Shown one piece after another: positions 27,057-35,983 of a stretch of DNA of 64,000 nt. The number at the start of each line of letters is the position of its first letter. Position 1 is the stretch's first letter. The notes beneath the pieces were generated by a model. That model was not told where the DNA came from, did no database searches, and saw nothing but the letters and a program-made list of their open reading frames with translations. The translations under genes were made by a program, and so were the position numbers. Source of the DNA: Acidimicrobiia bacterium (lineage in GTDB: Bacteria; Actinomycetota; Acidimicrobiia; Spongiisociales; ZC4RG35); the NCBI GenBank assembly GCA_040510135.1, contig JBEVJN010000050.1:33461-97460 (forward strand), in the 5' to 3' direction.

Positions 27057-27202
27057 TTAAAGTCGAGAAGGTCCACCCCAACAAAGACCTGGCTTCCAAT
27101 CGTCCTCAGGGCCGATTGGGATTCCTACTCAGGACCGATGAGTTTCGGCGGTGGCGCCGGTCTCATTGTCAGAAGATCTCGAGACAGGAAGAGGAGAAAC
27201 CA

Positions 27203-28216
27203 ATGACCAACATGATCGAGGCATCGGGCCTGGTCAAGCGGTACAAGGAAGTCACCGCGCTGGCCGGCCTCGACCTGGTCGTCCCCGAAGGCGTCGTGCT
27301 CGGCCTTCTCGGGCCGAACGGCGCCGGCAAGACGACCGCAGTGTCGATCCTGTCCACGCTGCTCGAGCCAGATGAAGGTCACGCCATGGTCGCCGGAGCC
27401 GACGTGAGGAAGGACCCGAAGGCAGTCCGCCGACTCATCGGGCTCTCTGGCCAATACGCCGCGGTCGACGAGCACCTGACCGGTTTCGAGAATCTGGACA
27501 TGATCGGCCGTCTCTATCACCTCGGAAGGACTCAGTCCCGCGAGCGCTCCCGGGAACTGCTCGACATATTCGACCTCACCGAGGCCGGCGACCGGCCGGT
27601 GAAGACCTATTCGGGTGGTATGCGCCGCCGTCTCGACCTGGCAGGCGCGTTGGTCGCCAAGCCACCGGTGCTGTTCCTCGACGAGCCGTCGTCGGGTCTC
27701 GACCCGAGGAGTCGGGTGGACCTGTGGGACACGATCCGGGACCTGGTCAAGGAGGGGGCGACCCTGCTTCTGACCACCCAGTACCTGGAAGAGGCCGACC
27801 AACTCGCCGATGACATCGTGGTCATCGATCACGGGCGTGAGATCGCCCATGGCACTGCTGATGAGCTCAAGACCCAAGTCGGTGGCGAGCGGATCGAGGT
27901 CACGGTGGCTGATCTGGACCACGTGACGCCGGCTCAGGAAGTCCTGGCGTCGTTTGCGGTGGGTGAGATCCGGATCGATCATCACAGTCGAGGGTTGACC
28001 GCCCCGATAGCCGGAGGGGCGCCGGTCCTCACTCAGGCGCTCCGCGAGCTCGATGCGCGCGGGATCGTGGTTCAGGACGTGGGTCTGCGCCGCCCGACCC
28101 TCGACGACGTGTTCCTGACCTTGACCGGTCACGTCGCCGAGGAAGAGGTCGAGTCGAACGGCGGCAGATCGAAGAAGAAGCCCAAGGAAGAAGAGCTGGA
28201 GGAGGTCAGCCGATGA
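27203..28216 (+). CDS. ABC transporter ATP-binding protein (DrrA-like, ABC-2 type)
   Basis: GAGGAGAAAC RBS before ATG 27203. Walker A GPNGAGKTT, signature YSGGMRRRLDLA and Walker B LFLDEPSSGLD, with a Lys/Glu-rich tail. Confidence 0.93.
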   Translation: MTNMIEASGLVKRYKEVTALAGLDLVVPEGVVLGLLGPNGAGKTTAVSILSTLLEPDEGHAMVAGADVRKDPKAVRRLIGLSGQYAAVDEHLTGFENLDMIGRLYHLGRTQSRERSRELLDIFDLTEAGDRPVKTYSGGMRRRLDLAGALVAKPPVLFLDEPSSGLDPRSRVDLWDTIRDLVKEGATLLLTTQYLEEADQLADDIVVIDHGREIAHGTADELKTQVGGERIEVTVADLDHVTPAQEVLASFAVGEIRIDHHSRGLTAPIAGGAPVLTQALRELDARGIVVQDVGLRRPTLDDVFLTLTGHVAEEEVESNGGRSKKKPKEEELEEVSR

Positions 28217-29028
28217 GCCAGCTAATGACCGCACTTGGCGACGGCGCCGTCGTCGCCAAGCGAAATGTGATCAAGATCAAGCGGGTCCCAGAGATCCTGG
28301 TCTTCGTCCTGCTCTCACCGATCATGTTCGTGCTGTTGTTCGCCTTCGTGTTCGGTGGTGCCATCGACGTGGCCACCGGAGCGCCGCCCGAGGTCTATCG
28401 CGAGTTCCTGATTGCGGGCATCCTGGCCCAAACCGTGATATTCGGGGCGACGTTCACCGGAGCCGGGCTGGCAGACGACATGCAGAAGGGCATCATCGAC
28501 CGGTTCCGGTCGCTCCCGATGGCGAGATCAGCGGTCCTCGTCGGCCGGACATCGAGCGACGTCGTCTACAACGCCATCTCGGTCGCGATCATGGCTCTCA
28601 CCGGCCTCCTGGTCGGGTGGGCGATCCGGACGTCGTTCCTCGAGGCGGCGTTGGGGTTCGCGCTCCTACTCTTGTTCGCATATGCCTTCTCCTGGGTGAT
28701 GGCGTATGTGGGGCTGCTGGTGCCGAGCGTAGAGGTGATCAACAACGCCTCGTTCATGGTGATCTTCCCGATCACCTTCGTGTCGAACGCCTTCGTCCCA
28801 CTCGAGACTCTGCCTCCAGCTCTGCAGACCTTCGCCGAATGGAACCCGGTGTCGTCACTGACTCAGGCGGTGCGTGAGCTGTTCGGCAACATCCCGCCCG
28901 GGGCTCCCGAGCCCACGGCTTGGTCACTGCAGAATCCCGTTATCTACACCTTGATCTGGGTCGTGATCATCATGGTCATCTTCGTCCCGCTCTCGATCAG
29001 GCAGTACAAGCGAGCCGCCCGCCGCTGA
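28213..29028 (+). CDS. ABC-2 type transporter permease (DrrB-like)
   Basis: ATGA overlap with the ATPase. Six hydrophobic spans, about 270 aa, typical ABC-2 membrane component. Confidence 0.9.
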   Translation: MSQLMTALGDGAVVAKRNVIKIKRVPEILVFVLLSPIMFVLLFAFVFGGAIDVATGAPPEVYREFLIAGILAQTVIFGATFTGAGLADDMQKGIIDRFRSLPMARSAVLVGRTSSDVVYNAISVAIMALTGLLVGWAIRTSFLEAALGFALLLLFAYAFSWVMAYVGLLVPSVEVINNASFMVIFPITFVSNAFVPLETLPPALQTFAEWNPVSSLTQAVRELFGNIPPGAPEPTAWSLQNPVIYTLIWVVIIMVIFVPLSIRQYKRAARR

Positions 29029-29061
29029 CGGCGAATTCGCCAGGTCCAGGTCCCTCCACGG

Positions 29062-29092
29062 GTCAACACCCGGTCGCCGGCCGGGTGTTGAC
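29062..29092 (+). terminator. Strong hairpin (12-bp perfect stem GTCAACACCCGG / CCGGGTGTTGAC, 7-nt loop) followed by TCTGGGTTTG
   Basis: Read directly. It lies 34 nt after the permease stop. It could alternatively be an operator for the downstream gene. Confidence 0.55.
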
Positions 29093-29130
29093 TCTGGGTT
29101 TGAATCAAAACGATCAAACAGGAGGTAGAA

Positions 29131-29586
29131 ATGGCGGATGTCGGCGGGTTCACGGAGAAGTTCGAGAAGTTCTCTCAACGGGTGACGCATGCGGTGGGCA
29201 GACCCTGGGCATTTTTCATCGCGCTGTTGGTCATCGTCGTCTGGGCGGTCACCGGGCCCCTGTTCGGATTCGGGGACACCTGGCAACTGGTGATCAACAC
29301 CGGGACCACCATCGTCACCTTCCTGATGGTGTTCCTCATCCAGCAGACCCAGAACAAGGACGGCAAGGCGATGGAGCTGAAGCTCAACGAGCTGGTGGCG
29401 GCGACCAAGGGGGCGAGCAACCGGCTGATCGACGTGGAGGCGCTCACCGAGGACGAGCTCGATGTCCTCCATGGCTACTACCGACAACTCGTGGAGCTCT
29501 CGCAGCGTGATCAGGACCTCACCGAATCGCATTCCCTCGAGGAGGCGGAGCGGCTGCACGGCGGCGAGAGCGGCGGAAAGCCGTAG
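29131..29586 (+). CDS. Low-affinity iron permease (Fet4-like) family protein
   Basis: AGGAGG RBS. Family-typical N-terminus FSQRVTHAVGRPWAFFIALLVIVVWAVTGPLFGFGDTWQLVINTGTTIVTFLMVFLIQ. Confidence 0.8.
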   Translation: MADVGGFTEKFEKFSQRVTHAVGRPWAFFIALLVIVVWAVTGPLFGFGDTWQLVINTGTTIVTFLMVFLIQQTQNKDGKAMELKLNELVAATKGASNRLIDVEALTEDELDVLHGYYRQLVELSQRDQDLTESHSLEEAERLHGGESGGKP

Positions 29587-29610
29587 CCGGCCCGCCGGTA
29601 GCCTTCGAAG

Positions 29611-30741
29611 GTGACCACGTCGCAGAGCACCGCCGAGGTGATCCTTGCCGCGATCACCGAAGCGGTAGCGTCGGGCAGGTCCCTGAAGGACGTCCTCACC
29701 AAGCTGGCGGAGACTGCCAAGCAGATCTCCGGCGCCTCCTATGCCGCCATCGGGATCCCTGAGCCGGAAGGAGACGCCTTCTCGGCTTTCATCCATGTCG
29801 GCATGAGCGATGAGCTGGTGGCCGAGATGGGGCCGCTGCCACGGACCCATGGGATGCTCGATGCGATGCTCCACGACCCCGACCCACAGCGCCTTCCCGA
29901 CATCAAACAGGACCGTCGTTTCCGGGGGTGGTGGCCACGGGCCCATCCATCGATGAGCTCCTTTCTCGGCGTTCCGATCGTGAGCGAAGGCGAGGTCATC
30001 GGCGCGTTCTACCTGACAGACAAGATCGGGACCGCCGAGTTCACCGATGACGACCAAGCTGCCATTTCCCTCCTCGCCTTTCATGCCGCCGCCGCCATCG
30101 AGGCTGCCGAGATGTTCGAGGACTCGCGGACACTGGCTATGTCCGAGGAGCGGGAGCGCCTCGCCCGCGAGCTCCACGACGCCCTGAATCAATCGTTGTT
30201 CAGCCTCACACTCACTGCGAAGGCCGCCTCGAGGCACCTGGCCACCGACCCGAACCGAGCCGCCGAGGAGCTGAGCGAGATCGCCTCTCTCTCGAGACAG
30301 GCGATGGCCGAGCTGCGGGCAGTGGTCGAGGGGCTGAGGACTCCGGATGTCGACCGCGATGGCCTCCTCCCTGCGATACGAAGCCTCGCCGACCTGCTCA
30401 GCCGGGTGCATCACATCGACATCGAGGTGGTTTCAGACGGTGACCACGCCTTGGAAGGGCGCGCTGAGCACGAGGTGTTCCGCATCGTCCAGGAGGCCCT
30501 CACCAACGCAGTCCGGCATTCCCGAGCCGCCAAGGTCACCGTGACGGTTGCCAACGGCGAAGGGCTGGCGGTGACGGTAAGGGACGATGGCCAGGGCTTC
30601 GAGCCCGACGCCCGGGTGAGTCGTGGCCGACGCCTCGGTCTCACTTCGATGCGGGAGCGAGCCTCGGTCATCGGGGGCCGCCTCACCATCGCCTCGTCTC
30701 CCGGGGAGGGGGCGACCGTTCGACTCGAGGTCCCGACATGA
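29611..30741 (+). CDS. GAF-domain sensor histidine kinase (HisKA_3 / NarL-type partner)
   Basis: GAF region (FLGVPIVSEGEVIGAFYLTDK), H-box ARELHDALNQSLFSL, HATPase motifs EALTNAVRHS and DDGQGF. GTG start. Confidence 0.9.
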   Translation: MTTSQSTAEVILAAITEAVASGRSLKDVLTKLAETAKQISGASYAAIGIPEPEGDAFSAFIHVGMSDELVAEMGPLPRTHGMLDAMLHDPDPQRLPDIKQDRRFRGWWPRAHPSMSSFLGVPIVSEGEVIGAFYLTDKIGTAEFTDDDQAAISLLAFHAAAAIEAAEMFEDSRTLAMSEERERLARELHDALNQSLFSLTLTAKAASRHLATDPNRAAEELSEIASLSRQAMAELRAVVEGLRTPDVDRDGLLPAIRSLADLLSRVHHIDIEVVSDGDHALEGRAEHEVFRIVQEALTNAVRHSRAAKVTVTVANGEGLAVTVRDDGQGFEPDARVSRGRRLGLTSMRERASVIGGRLTIASSPGEGATVRLEVPT

Positions 30742-31382
30742 GCAGGTCGGTGAAGGTCATGATCGTCGATGACCACCCTGTCGTCCGCAAAGGTCTCCGA
30801 GCCTTTCTCGAGACCCAGCCGGGCATGGAAGTGGTCGGCGAAGCAGCGGACGGCAAGGAGGCGATGCGAGAGCTGGCCATCGGTGAGCCTGACCTGGTCC
30901 TGCTCGATCTGCACCTGCCCGATGCCTCCGGGTCGGAGCTGATTCCCAAGATGAGAAAGTGGAACCCGGCAGTGAAGATCCTGGTTCTCACGGGGTTCGC
31001 CGACCGCCGAGAGGTGGTTCCGGCCATCAGGGCCGGCGCGGATGGCTATTTGCTCAAAGACACGGACCCCGACCAGCTCGCCGACGCGATCAGGGAACTG
31101 GCCGGTGGCCGGACCGTGTATGCGCAGGAAGCGGCGGCCGCTCTCTCTGCCTATGTGTCGGGCGGCGATCCCCATGAGGCTTTGGCCGACCTCACCGCCC
31201 GGGAACGGGAAGTGTTGGCGGGTCTCGGCCAGGGTTGGTCCAATGCGAAGCTTGCCGAGGAGCTTTTCGTGTCCGAGAAGACGGTCAAGACCCACGTCTC
31301 GGCGGTGCTGAGAAAGCTCGGCCTCGACGACCGGACCCAAGCCGCGCTGTTCGCGGTGAAAAGTGGGTTGGTGGAGGGCTGA
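30738..31382 (+). CDS. Response regulator, NarL/LuxR family
   Basis: ATGA overlap with the kinase. Receiver motifs VMIVDDHPVV and DLVLLDLHLPD, plus a LuxR HTH (LTAREREVLAGLGQGWSNAKLAEELFVSEKTVKTHVSAVLRKLG). Confidence 0.94.
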   Translation: MSRSVKVMIVDDHPVVRKGLRAFLETQPGMEVVGEAADGKEAMRELAIGEPDLVLLDLHLPDASGSELIPKMRKWNPAVKILVLTGFADRREVVPAIRAGADGYLLKDTDPDQLADAIRELAGGRTVYAQEAAAALSAYVSGGDPHEALADLTAREREVLAGLGQGWSNAKLAEELFVSEKTVKTHVSAVLRKLGLDDRTQAALFAVKSGLVEG

Positions 31383-31470
31383 TCGACCCGGTCTGGCTCC
31401 TCGGTCCCGAGACCTAGGGCGAATCGGGCCGGGGACCGATGACCGTGAACCCGGGCGGCCGTACCTTTAG

Positions 31471-32184
31471 GTGGTTATGAGCACTGCAATCGTCACCGGA
31501 GCGTCCCGTGGTTTCGGGCGCGCCCTGGCCGTCGAGCTGGCACGTGCCGGCTGGAGTCTGGTGATCGACGCCCGTGACGAGCCGGTCCTCGACGCGGCGG
31601 CATCGGTCATCGAAGACGCGGGCTCCGGTGACGTCATCGCCGTCGCCGGTGACGTGACCGACCCTCATCATGCAGCCCATCTGGTGGAGGCCGCGGTCGC
31701 AGCCGGCAATTTCTCGTTGCTGGTCAACAATGCCAGCCTGCTCGGGCCAAGCCCGCAGCCGACGCTGGCCGATTACCCGCTGGATGTCCTGGAGGAGGTC
31801 ATCGCCACCAATCTCCTGGCCCCGCTGCGGCTGATCCAGCTTTCCCTCCCCCATCTCCGATCCATCCAAGGGACGGTGGTGAACATCACCTCCGACGCCG
31901 CAGTCGAGGGTTACGAGGGGTGGGGCGGCTATGGGGCTTCGAAAGCCGGCCTCGAACAGTTATCCAATGTCCTGGCCGCCGAGGAGGCCGGCGTGACCGT
32001 CTACTGGCTCGACCCAGGCGATATGAACACCAGGATGCACCAGGAGGCGTTCCCCAACGATGACATCTCGGACCGGCCTCTGCCCGAAGCCAGAGTCCCG
32101 GCACTGATTTCCCTCATCGAGGGCCGTTATCCGAGTGGCCGATACCAAGCCGAAGATCTCCTGGCCAAGGAGACCAGCCCATGA
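31471..32184 (+). CDS. SDR family oxidoreductase, sepiapterin-reductase-like
   Basis: TGASRGFGRALAVELA, NNASLLG, VVNITSDAA, and YGASKAGLEQL (YxxxK). The pattern resembles the sepiapterin reductase subgroup. Confidence 0.85.
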   Translation: MVMSTAIVTGASRGFGRALAVELARAGWSLVIDARDEPVLDAAASVIEDAGSGDVIAVAGDVTDPHHAAHLVEAAVAAGNFSLLVNNASLLGPSPQPTLADYPLDVLEEVIATNLLAPLRLIQLSLPHLRSIQGTVVNITSDAAVEGYEGWGGYGASKAGLEQLSNVLAAEEAGVTVYWLDPGDMNTRMHQEAFPNDDISDRPLPEARVPALISLIEGRYPSGRYQAEDLLAKETSP

Positions 32185-33236
32185 TTGCCCCGGCGCCATT
32201 GCGAGCGACCGATGTCCTCGATGGGTTCGACGTCCCCCTCGAGCTGGAGGCGACGAGGCCGCCTGAGACCCGTGGCGTGCGGCGCGACCAGGTTCGTCTC
32301 ATGGTGACTGACAGCGATGGGATCCGGCACCGCGTCTTTCACGATCTGGTCTCCGAGTTGAGGGCCGGCGACCTCGTCGTGGTCAACAACTCGGCCACCC
32401 TGCCGGCATCGGTGGTAATCGACGGCGACCTCGTGGTCCATTTCTCGACCCAGCTCCCCGGAGGTCTCCACGTCGTCGAGCTGCGAAGACTGTCGGGGGC
32501 GAGCTCCCTCCCTCACGAGGACCCACAGGCCGGCAGACTGCAACTCCCGGGAGGCGGAGCGATCGAGCTGCTCACCACCTTTCCGGTGGATGCGGTGAGT
32601 CGTCGGCTCTGGGTCGCCAGCGCCGACCTGGGGCGCCCGCTGATCGAGTACGTGGAGACCTGGGGCCGCCCCATCCGCTACCGGCATACCGACGGGCCCT
32701 TCCCACTCGATGCCTACCAGACGATTTTCGCCACGGTTCCAGGCTCCGCCGAGATGCCGAGCGCTGGAAGGCCATTCGCCGACCGCCTGGTCACCGCCCT
32801 GACGACCGCCGGCGTCGCGATGGCCCCTTTGACCCTTCACACCGGGGTGTCGTCGCTCGAAGCGGGTGAAGACCCATACCCCGAGTGGTTCGAAGTCCCG
32901 GAATCGACGGCGGCCCTGGTCAATCACACCCGAGCCAACGGAGGCCGCGTGGTCGCCGTCGGCACCACGGTGGTCCGAGCGCTGGAGACAACTGTGGACT
33001 CGAAGGGGATGTCACACCCGGGCCGATCCTGGACCGATCTCGTCATCAGGCACGACCACGTCCTCGGCGTCGTGGACGGTCTGATCACCGGATGGCACGA
33101 GCCGGAGTCGACCCACCTCGATCTGCTGGAGGCAGTCGCCGGGCGACGCCCCCTCGCAGAGAGCTATCGCAATGCCCTGGAGCATGGGTACCTGTGGCAC
33201 GAGTTCGGTGACAGCCACTTGATTCTGCGCGACTGA
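32181..33236 (+). CDS. QueA-like protein (S-adenosylmethionine:tRNA ribosyltransferase-isomerase family, divergent)
   Basis: ATGA overlap with the SDR. QueA-family blocks YQTIFATVPGSAEMPSAGRPF, VVAVGTTVVRALET, LITGWHEPESTHLDLL and YLWHEFGDSHLI. Confidence 0.8.
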   Translation: MIAPAPLRATDVLDGFDVPLELEATRPPETRGVRRDQVRLMVTDSDGIRHRVFHDLVSELRAGDLVVVNNSATLPASVVIDGDLVVHFSTQLPGGLHVVELRRLSGASSLPHEDPQAGRLQLPGGGAIELLTTFPVDAVSRRLWVASADLGRPLIEYVETWGRPIRYRHTDGPFPLDAYQTIFATVPGSAEMPSAGRPFADRLVTALTTAGVAMAPLTLHTGVSSLEAGEDPYPEWFEVPESTAALVNHTRANGGRVVAVGTTVVRALETTVDSKGMSHPGRSWTDLVIRHDHVLGVVDGLITGWHEPESTHLDLLEAVAGRRPLAESYRNALEHGYLWHEFGDSHLILRD

Positions 33237-33267
33237 GTGGACCCTCAGCCGGTGGCGGTCTTGCTCC

Positions 33268-34011
33268 TCAGGAGAATTTCGTCTTGGGTCTCTCCCGACG
33301 GATCTCGTCGATGTAGATATCGGTCTTCTCGTTGTAGAAAGAGAGCAGGCCGCTGATCCGCTCCGACTCGGGAAACGGGTCGTCGTAGGCCCACACGATG
33401 TCTTCATACGTGACGCCATTGACTGTCGCCGACCAGTAACGCGCCGTGCCCTTGTAGGGACATCCGGTGACCTTGTCGGTGGGGGTGAGGAGGTCCATCC
33501 TGACGTCGGACTTGGGCAGGTAATAGCGCGCAGGCAGACCGGTCTCAAACAGGAAATGCCCCTTGATGCTGTCGGCGACGGTGACACCATCGATCACCAC
33601 CCGAATCCGTCGGGTCGACGGCAGGATGTCGAGACGGGTGTAGGGGTCCCGAGCGTGGACGAAGACCTCCTCGTCCTCCTCGTACCAGTGATCCATGGTC
33701 CTCCACACGAACACGTAGTGGTCGAGGCATTCGGGGATCCGGGAGTCGTGGAAGGCGTAGGACGCGCCCGAGGATTCGCCGACTTTGACCGCGTATTGAG
33801 TCGCGTCACCCCGGCTGGGATATCGCTTGACCTCACCGGTAGGGCTGAGGAACTCGGTCCGGACATCCCCGGGTGGGAAGTAATAGGTCGGGAAGTATGG
33901 AACCTCCCAAACGAGGAGGGGCCCCGTCGTGTCGGCGATCATCTCGCCGCCGAGCATCACCCGGACCCGCTTCGAACACGGTTCCACACGGACGCGGCCG
34001 GCGTCGCTCAT
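33268..34011 (-). CDS. Tandem DUF427 domain protein
   Basis: Two internal repeats, each with the DUF427 pattern (..YYFP..DV...L..T......CP.KG.A.Y..). Start taken at ATG 34011 (MSDAGRVRVEP). Confidence 0.78.
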   Translation of the reverse strand: MSDAGRVRVEPCSKRVRVMLGGEMIADTTGPLLVWEVPYFPTYYFPPGDVRTEFLSPTGEVKRYPSRGDATQYAVKVGESSGASYAFHDSRIPECLDHYVFVWRTMDHWYEEDEEVFVHARDPYTRLDILPSTRRIRVVIDGVTVADSIKGHFLFETGLPARYYLPKSDVRMDLLTPTDKVTGCPYKGTARYWSATVNGVTYEDIVWAYDDPFPESERISGLLSFYNEKTDIYIDEIRRERPKTKFS

Positions 34012-34051
34012 CACCCGAGCGTACAACCCGCAATCCGATTGCAAAGACGTG

Positions 34052-35074
34052 TCAGGCGGATAGGGAGACCAGCTCAGTCTTCCCCGCGAGCTCCATCGAC
34101 TCCCAATATGCGCCCATGCGGCCTGCCAACGCCGAGGGTGACTCGGCGTAGATGCGGCGGCCGAGAATGCGAGATGCCGTCTGAAGGTCGGCGCGGCGCT
34201 GCTCCGCCAGAGCGCTCATCAGCGATCGTTCCAGCGGGTTGGGACAGAGATCGGGCCGGTCGGCCAGGGTTTGGAGCAACTCTGCGAGATCGTGGTCCTG
34301 GCCAAGGAGCTCGGAGATCCGCTCGAGGGTGACCGCCGTCCCGATCATCACCTCCGGCCAGAGCGGGGTCAGGATCTCCATCTGATGTCTGAGGTATTTC
34401 ACCCGCTTGCGCCAGCGATGGAAAGACTCCGGGCTGGGCGCCTTATAGGCCGAGACCATTTGATAACGCCCCCGGGCATGAGTGGCTTTCAGACCCGGCT
34501 CAATCGCACGGTAATCGTGCCTGATGCCGATGCCGTAGACCGATTTTGCATCTGGGTCCGTCGGCCACGACTCATAGCGCCCACGCGCTCTCTCCAAATT
34601 CGATACGACCTGCGGGACGATCCTGGGATCCTCCATCACCCGTTGCTCGGTGCGGTCGCGAAGAATCGTCGTCCGTTCTAGGACGTCGTCGAAGGTGCCT
34701 TCTGCCAACAATGATCCATACATGTCACGGATGTCGGTGACCCCCTGGGCCATGACCGATGAGCTGCGGACCTCGGAGAGAAGTCGGGCGGTATCGCGCA
34801 TCCACGCGTTCTCGAATTGGTAGACCTGCTCGCCAACTTCATAGCGAACGAGCCGGAGCATCGCCCTGATTCTCTTGGCCGACTTCCGGGTGATGTGGAC
34901 CGCCTCACGGAACATCTCCTCCCCTTCATAAAAGCCCGAGATCGCCTCATCGATCGCCTCGACACCGAGACGCTTCAGACCCGCCCCGAGGAGCTCATCG
35001 GGTTGCAGCCGGAACGACGGCAGGGCCATGACCACGGCATCAGCGAGCCGATCATTGGCCTGAATCACAGTCAT
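34052..35074 (-). CDS. CHAD domain-containing protein
   Basis: Helical protein with basic His/Arg/Lys motifs typical of CHAD (VHITRKSAKRIRAMLRL, HRWRKRVKYLRHQMEIL). Confidence 0.8.
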   Translation of the reverse strand: MTVIQANDRLADAVVMALPSFRLQPDELLGAGLKRLGVEAIDEAISGFYEGEEMFREAVHITRKSAKRIRAMLRLVRYEVGEQVYQFENAWMRDTARLLSEVRSSSVMAQGVTDIRDMYGSLLAEGTFDDVLERTTILRDRTEQRVMEDPRIVPQVVSNLERARGRYESWPTDPDAKSVYGIGIRHDYRAIEPGLKATHARGRYQMVSAYKAPSPESFHRWRKRVKYLRHQMEILTPLWPEVMIGTAVTLERISELLGQDHDLAELLQTLADRPDLCPNPLERSLMSALAEQRRADLQTASRILGRRIYAESPSALAGRMGAYWESMELAGKTELVSLSA

Positions 35075-35088
35075 CCGGCCAGCGTAAT

Positions 35089-35550
35089 GTGGGCTGGTTG
35101 AGGTCTGCAGGTCTCCTCCCCTATCGCCTGGACGGCGAGTTACGTCTTCTGGTCGCTCATCCAGGAGGGCCGTTCTTCGCCCGCCGTGACAACGGTTGGT
35201 GGTCGATCGTCAAAGGGATCGTCGAGTCAGACGAGAGCGACGAAGAGGCCGCGGCCCGGGAATTCGAAGAGGAGACCGGCTGGCCGGCCCCGCCTCAGCC
35301 CTGGATCACGTTGGGCGAGACCACCCTCAAATCGCGCAAGATCGTGGTCGCCTATGCGGTCGAGGCCGATCTGGACCCTGACACGCTCGCCTCGAACATG
35401 ATCACGATCAGCGGACGGAGCTTCCCGGAGATCGACCGGGTCGTCTGGATGAGCGTCGACCAGGCGAGAGTGAAACTCAACCAGGCGCAGACAGTATTCA
35501 TCGACCGTCTGATCTCAGACTTGGACGATGCCCGGAACATTGTCACCTGA
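35089..35550 (+). CDS. NUDIX hydrolase
   Basis: Nudix box GIVESDESDEEAAAREFEEETGW. The GTG start is uncertain because it lies only 14 nt from the divergent CHAD start. Confidence 0.8.
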   Translation: MGWLRSAGLLPYRLDGELRLLVAHPGGPFFARRDNGWWSIVKGIVESDESDEEAAAREFEEETGWPAPPQPWITLGETTLKSRKIVVAYAVEADLDPDTLASNMITISGRSFPEIDRVVWMSVDQARVKLNQAQTVFIDRLISDLDDARNIVT

Positions 35551-35568
35551 GCGACGATTGAATCTGAC

Positions 35569-35982
35569 ATGAGCGAAGAGAGACAACCCATGTCCACCCC
35601 ACAGACAGAGGCCGAATGGCAGGAAAAGCTCACCCCTGAGCAGTACCAGGTGTTACGGCAGGCGGGCACAGAGCCTGCCTTCACGGGCAAGTACTGGGCC
35701 ACGAAGACCGGGGGCACCTATCGGTGCGCTGGCTGTGGTGAGGAGCTGTTCTCGAGTGAGACCAAATACGACTCGCGATCGGGCTGGCCCAGCTTCTATC
35801 AGGCGCTGCAGTCGGAGAGGATCGAAGAATCCAGGGACGTGTCGCACGGCATGGTCCGAACCGAGGTGAAGTGTGCCAATTGCGGCGGGCACCTCGGTCA
35901 TCTGTTCGACGACGGGCCCAATCCGACCGGTCTCCGTTATTGCATCAACTCGGCTGCACTCGAGCTGGATCCCGAGAAGTAG
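35569..35982 (+). CDS. msrB: Peptide-methionine (R)-S-oxide reductase
   Basis: Two CxxC pairs ([25 protein letters not shown]) and the catalytic RYCINS motif. Confidence 0.95.
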   Translation: MSEERQPMSTPQTEAEWQEKLTPEQYQVLRQAGTEPAFTGKYWATKTGGTYRCAGCGEELFSSETKYDSRSGWPSFYQALQSERIEESRDVSHGMVRTEVKCANCGGHLGHLFDDGPNPTGLRYCINSAALELDPEK

Positions 35983-35983
35983 G

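Noticed and set aside
26613-27202. Possibility that the lower-GC gap marks a horizontally acquired island or a known ncRNA (6C RNA, riboswitch).
   Set aside because: It is too short for an island. The flanking genes have native composition, and no diagnostic conserved ncRNA motif is recognisable by eye. It is kept only as an unexplained regulatory region.
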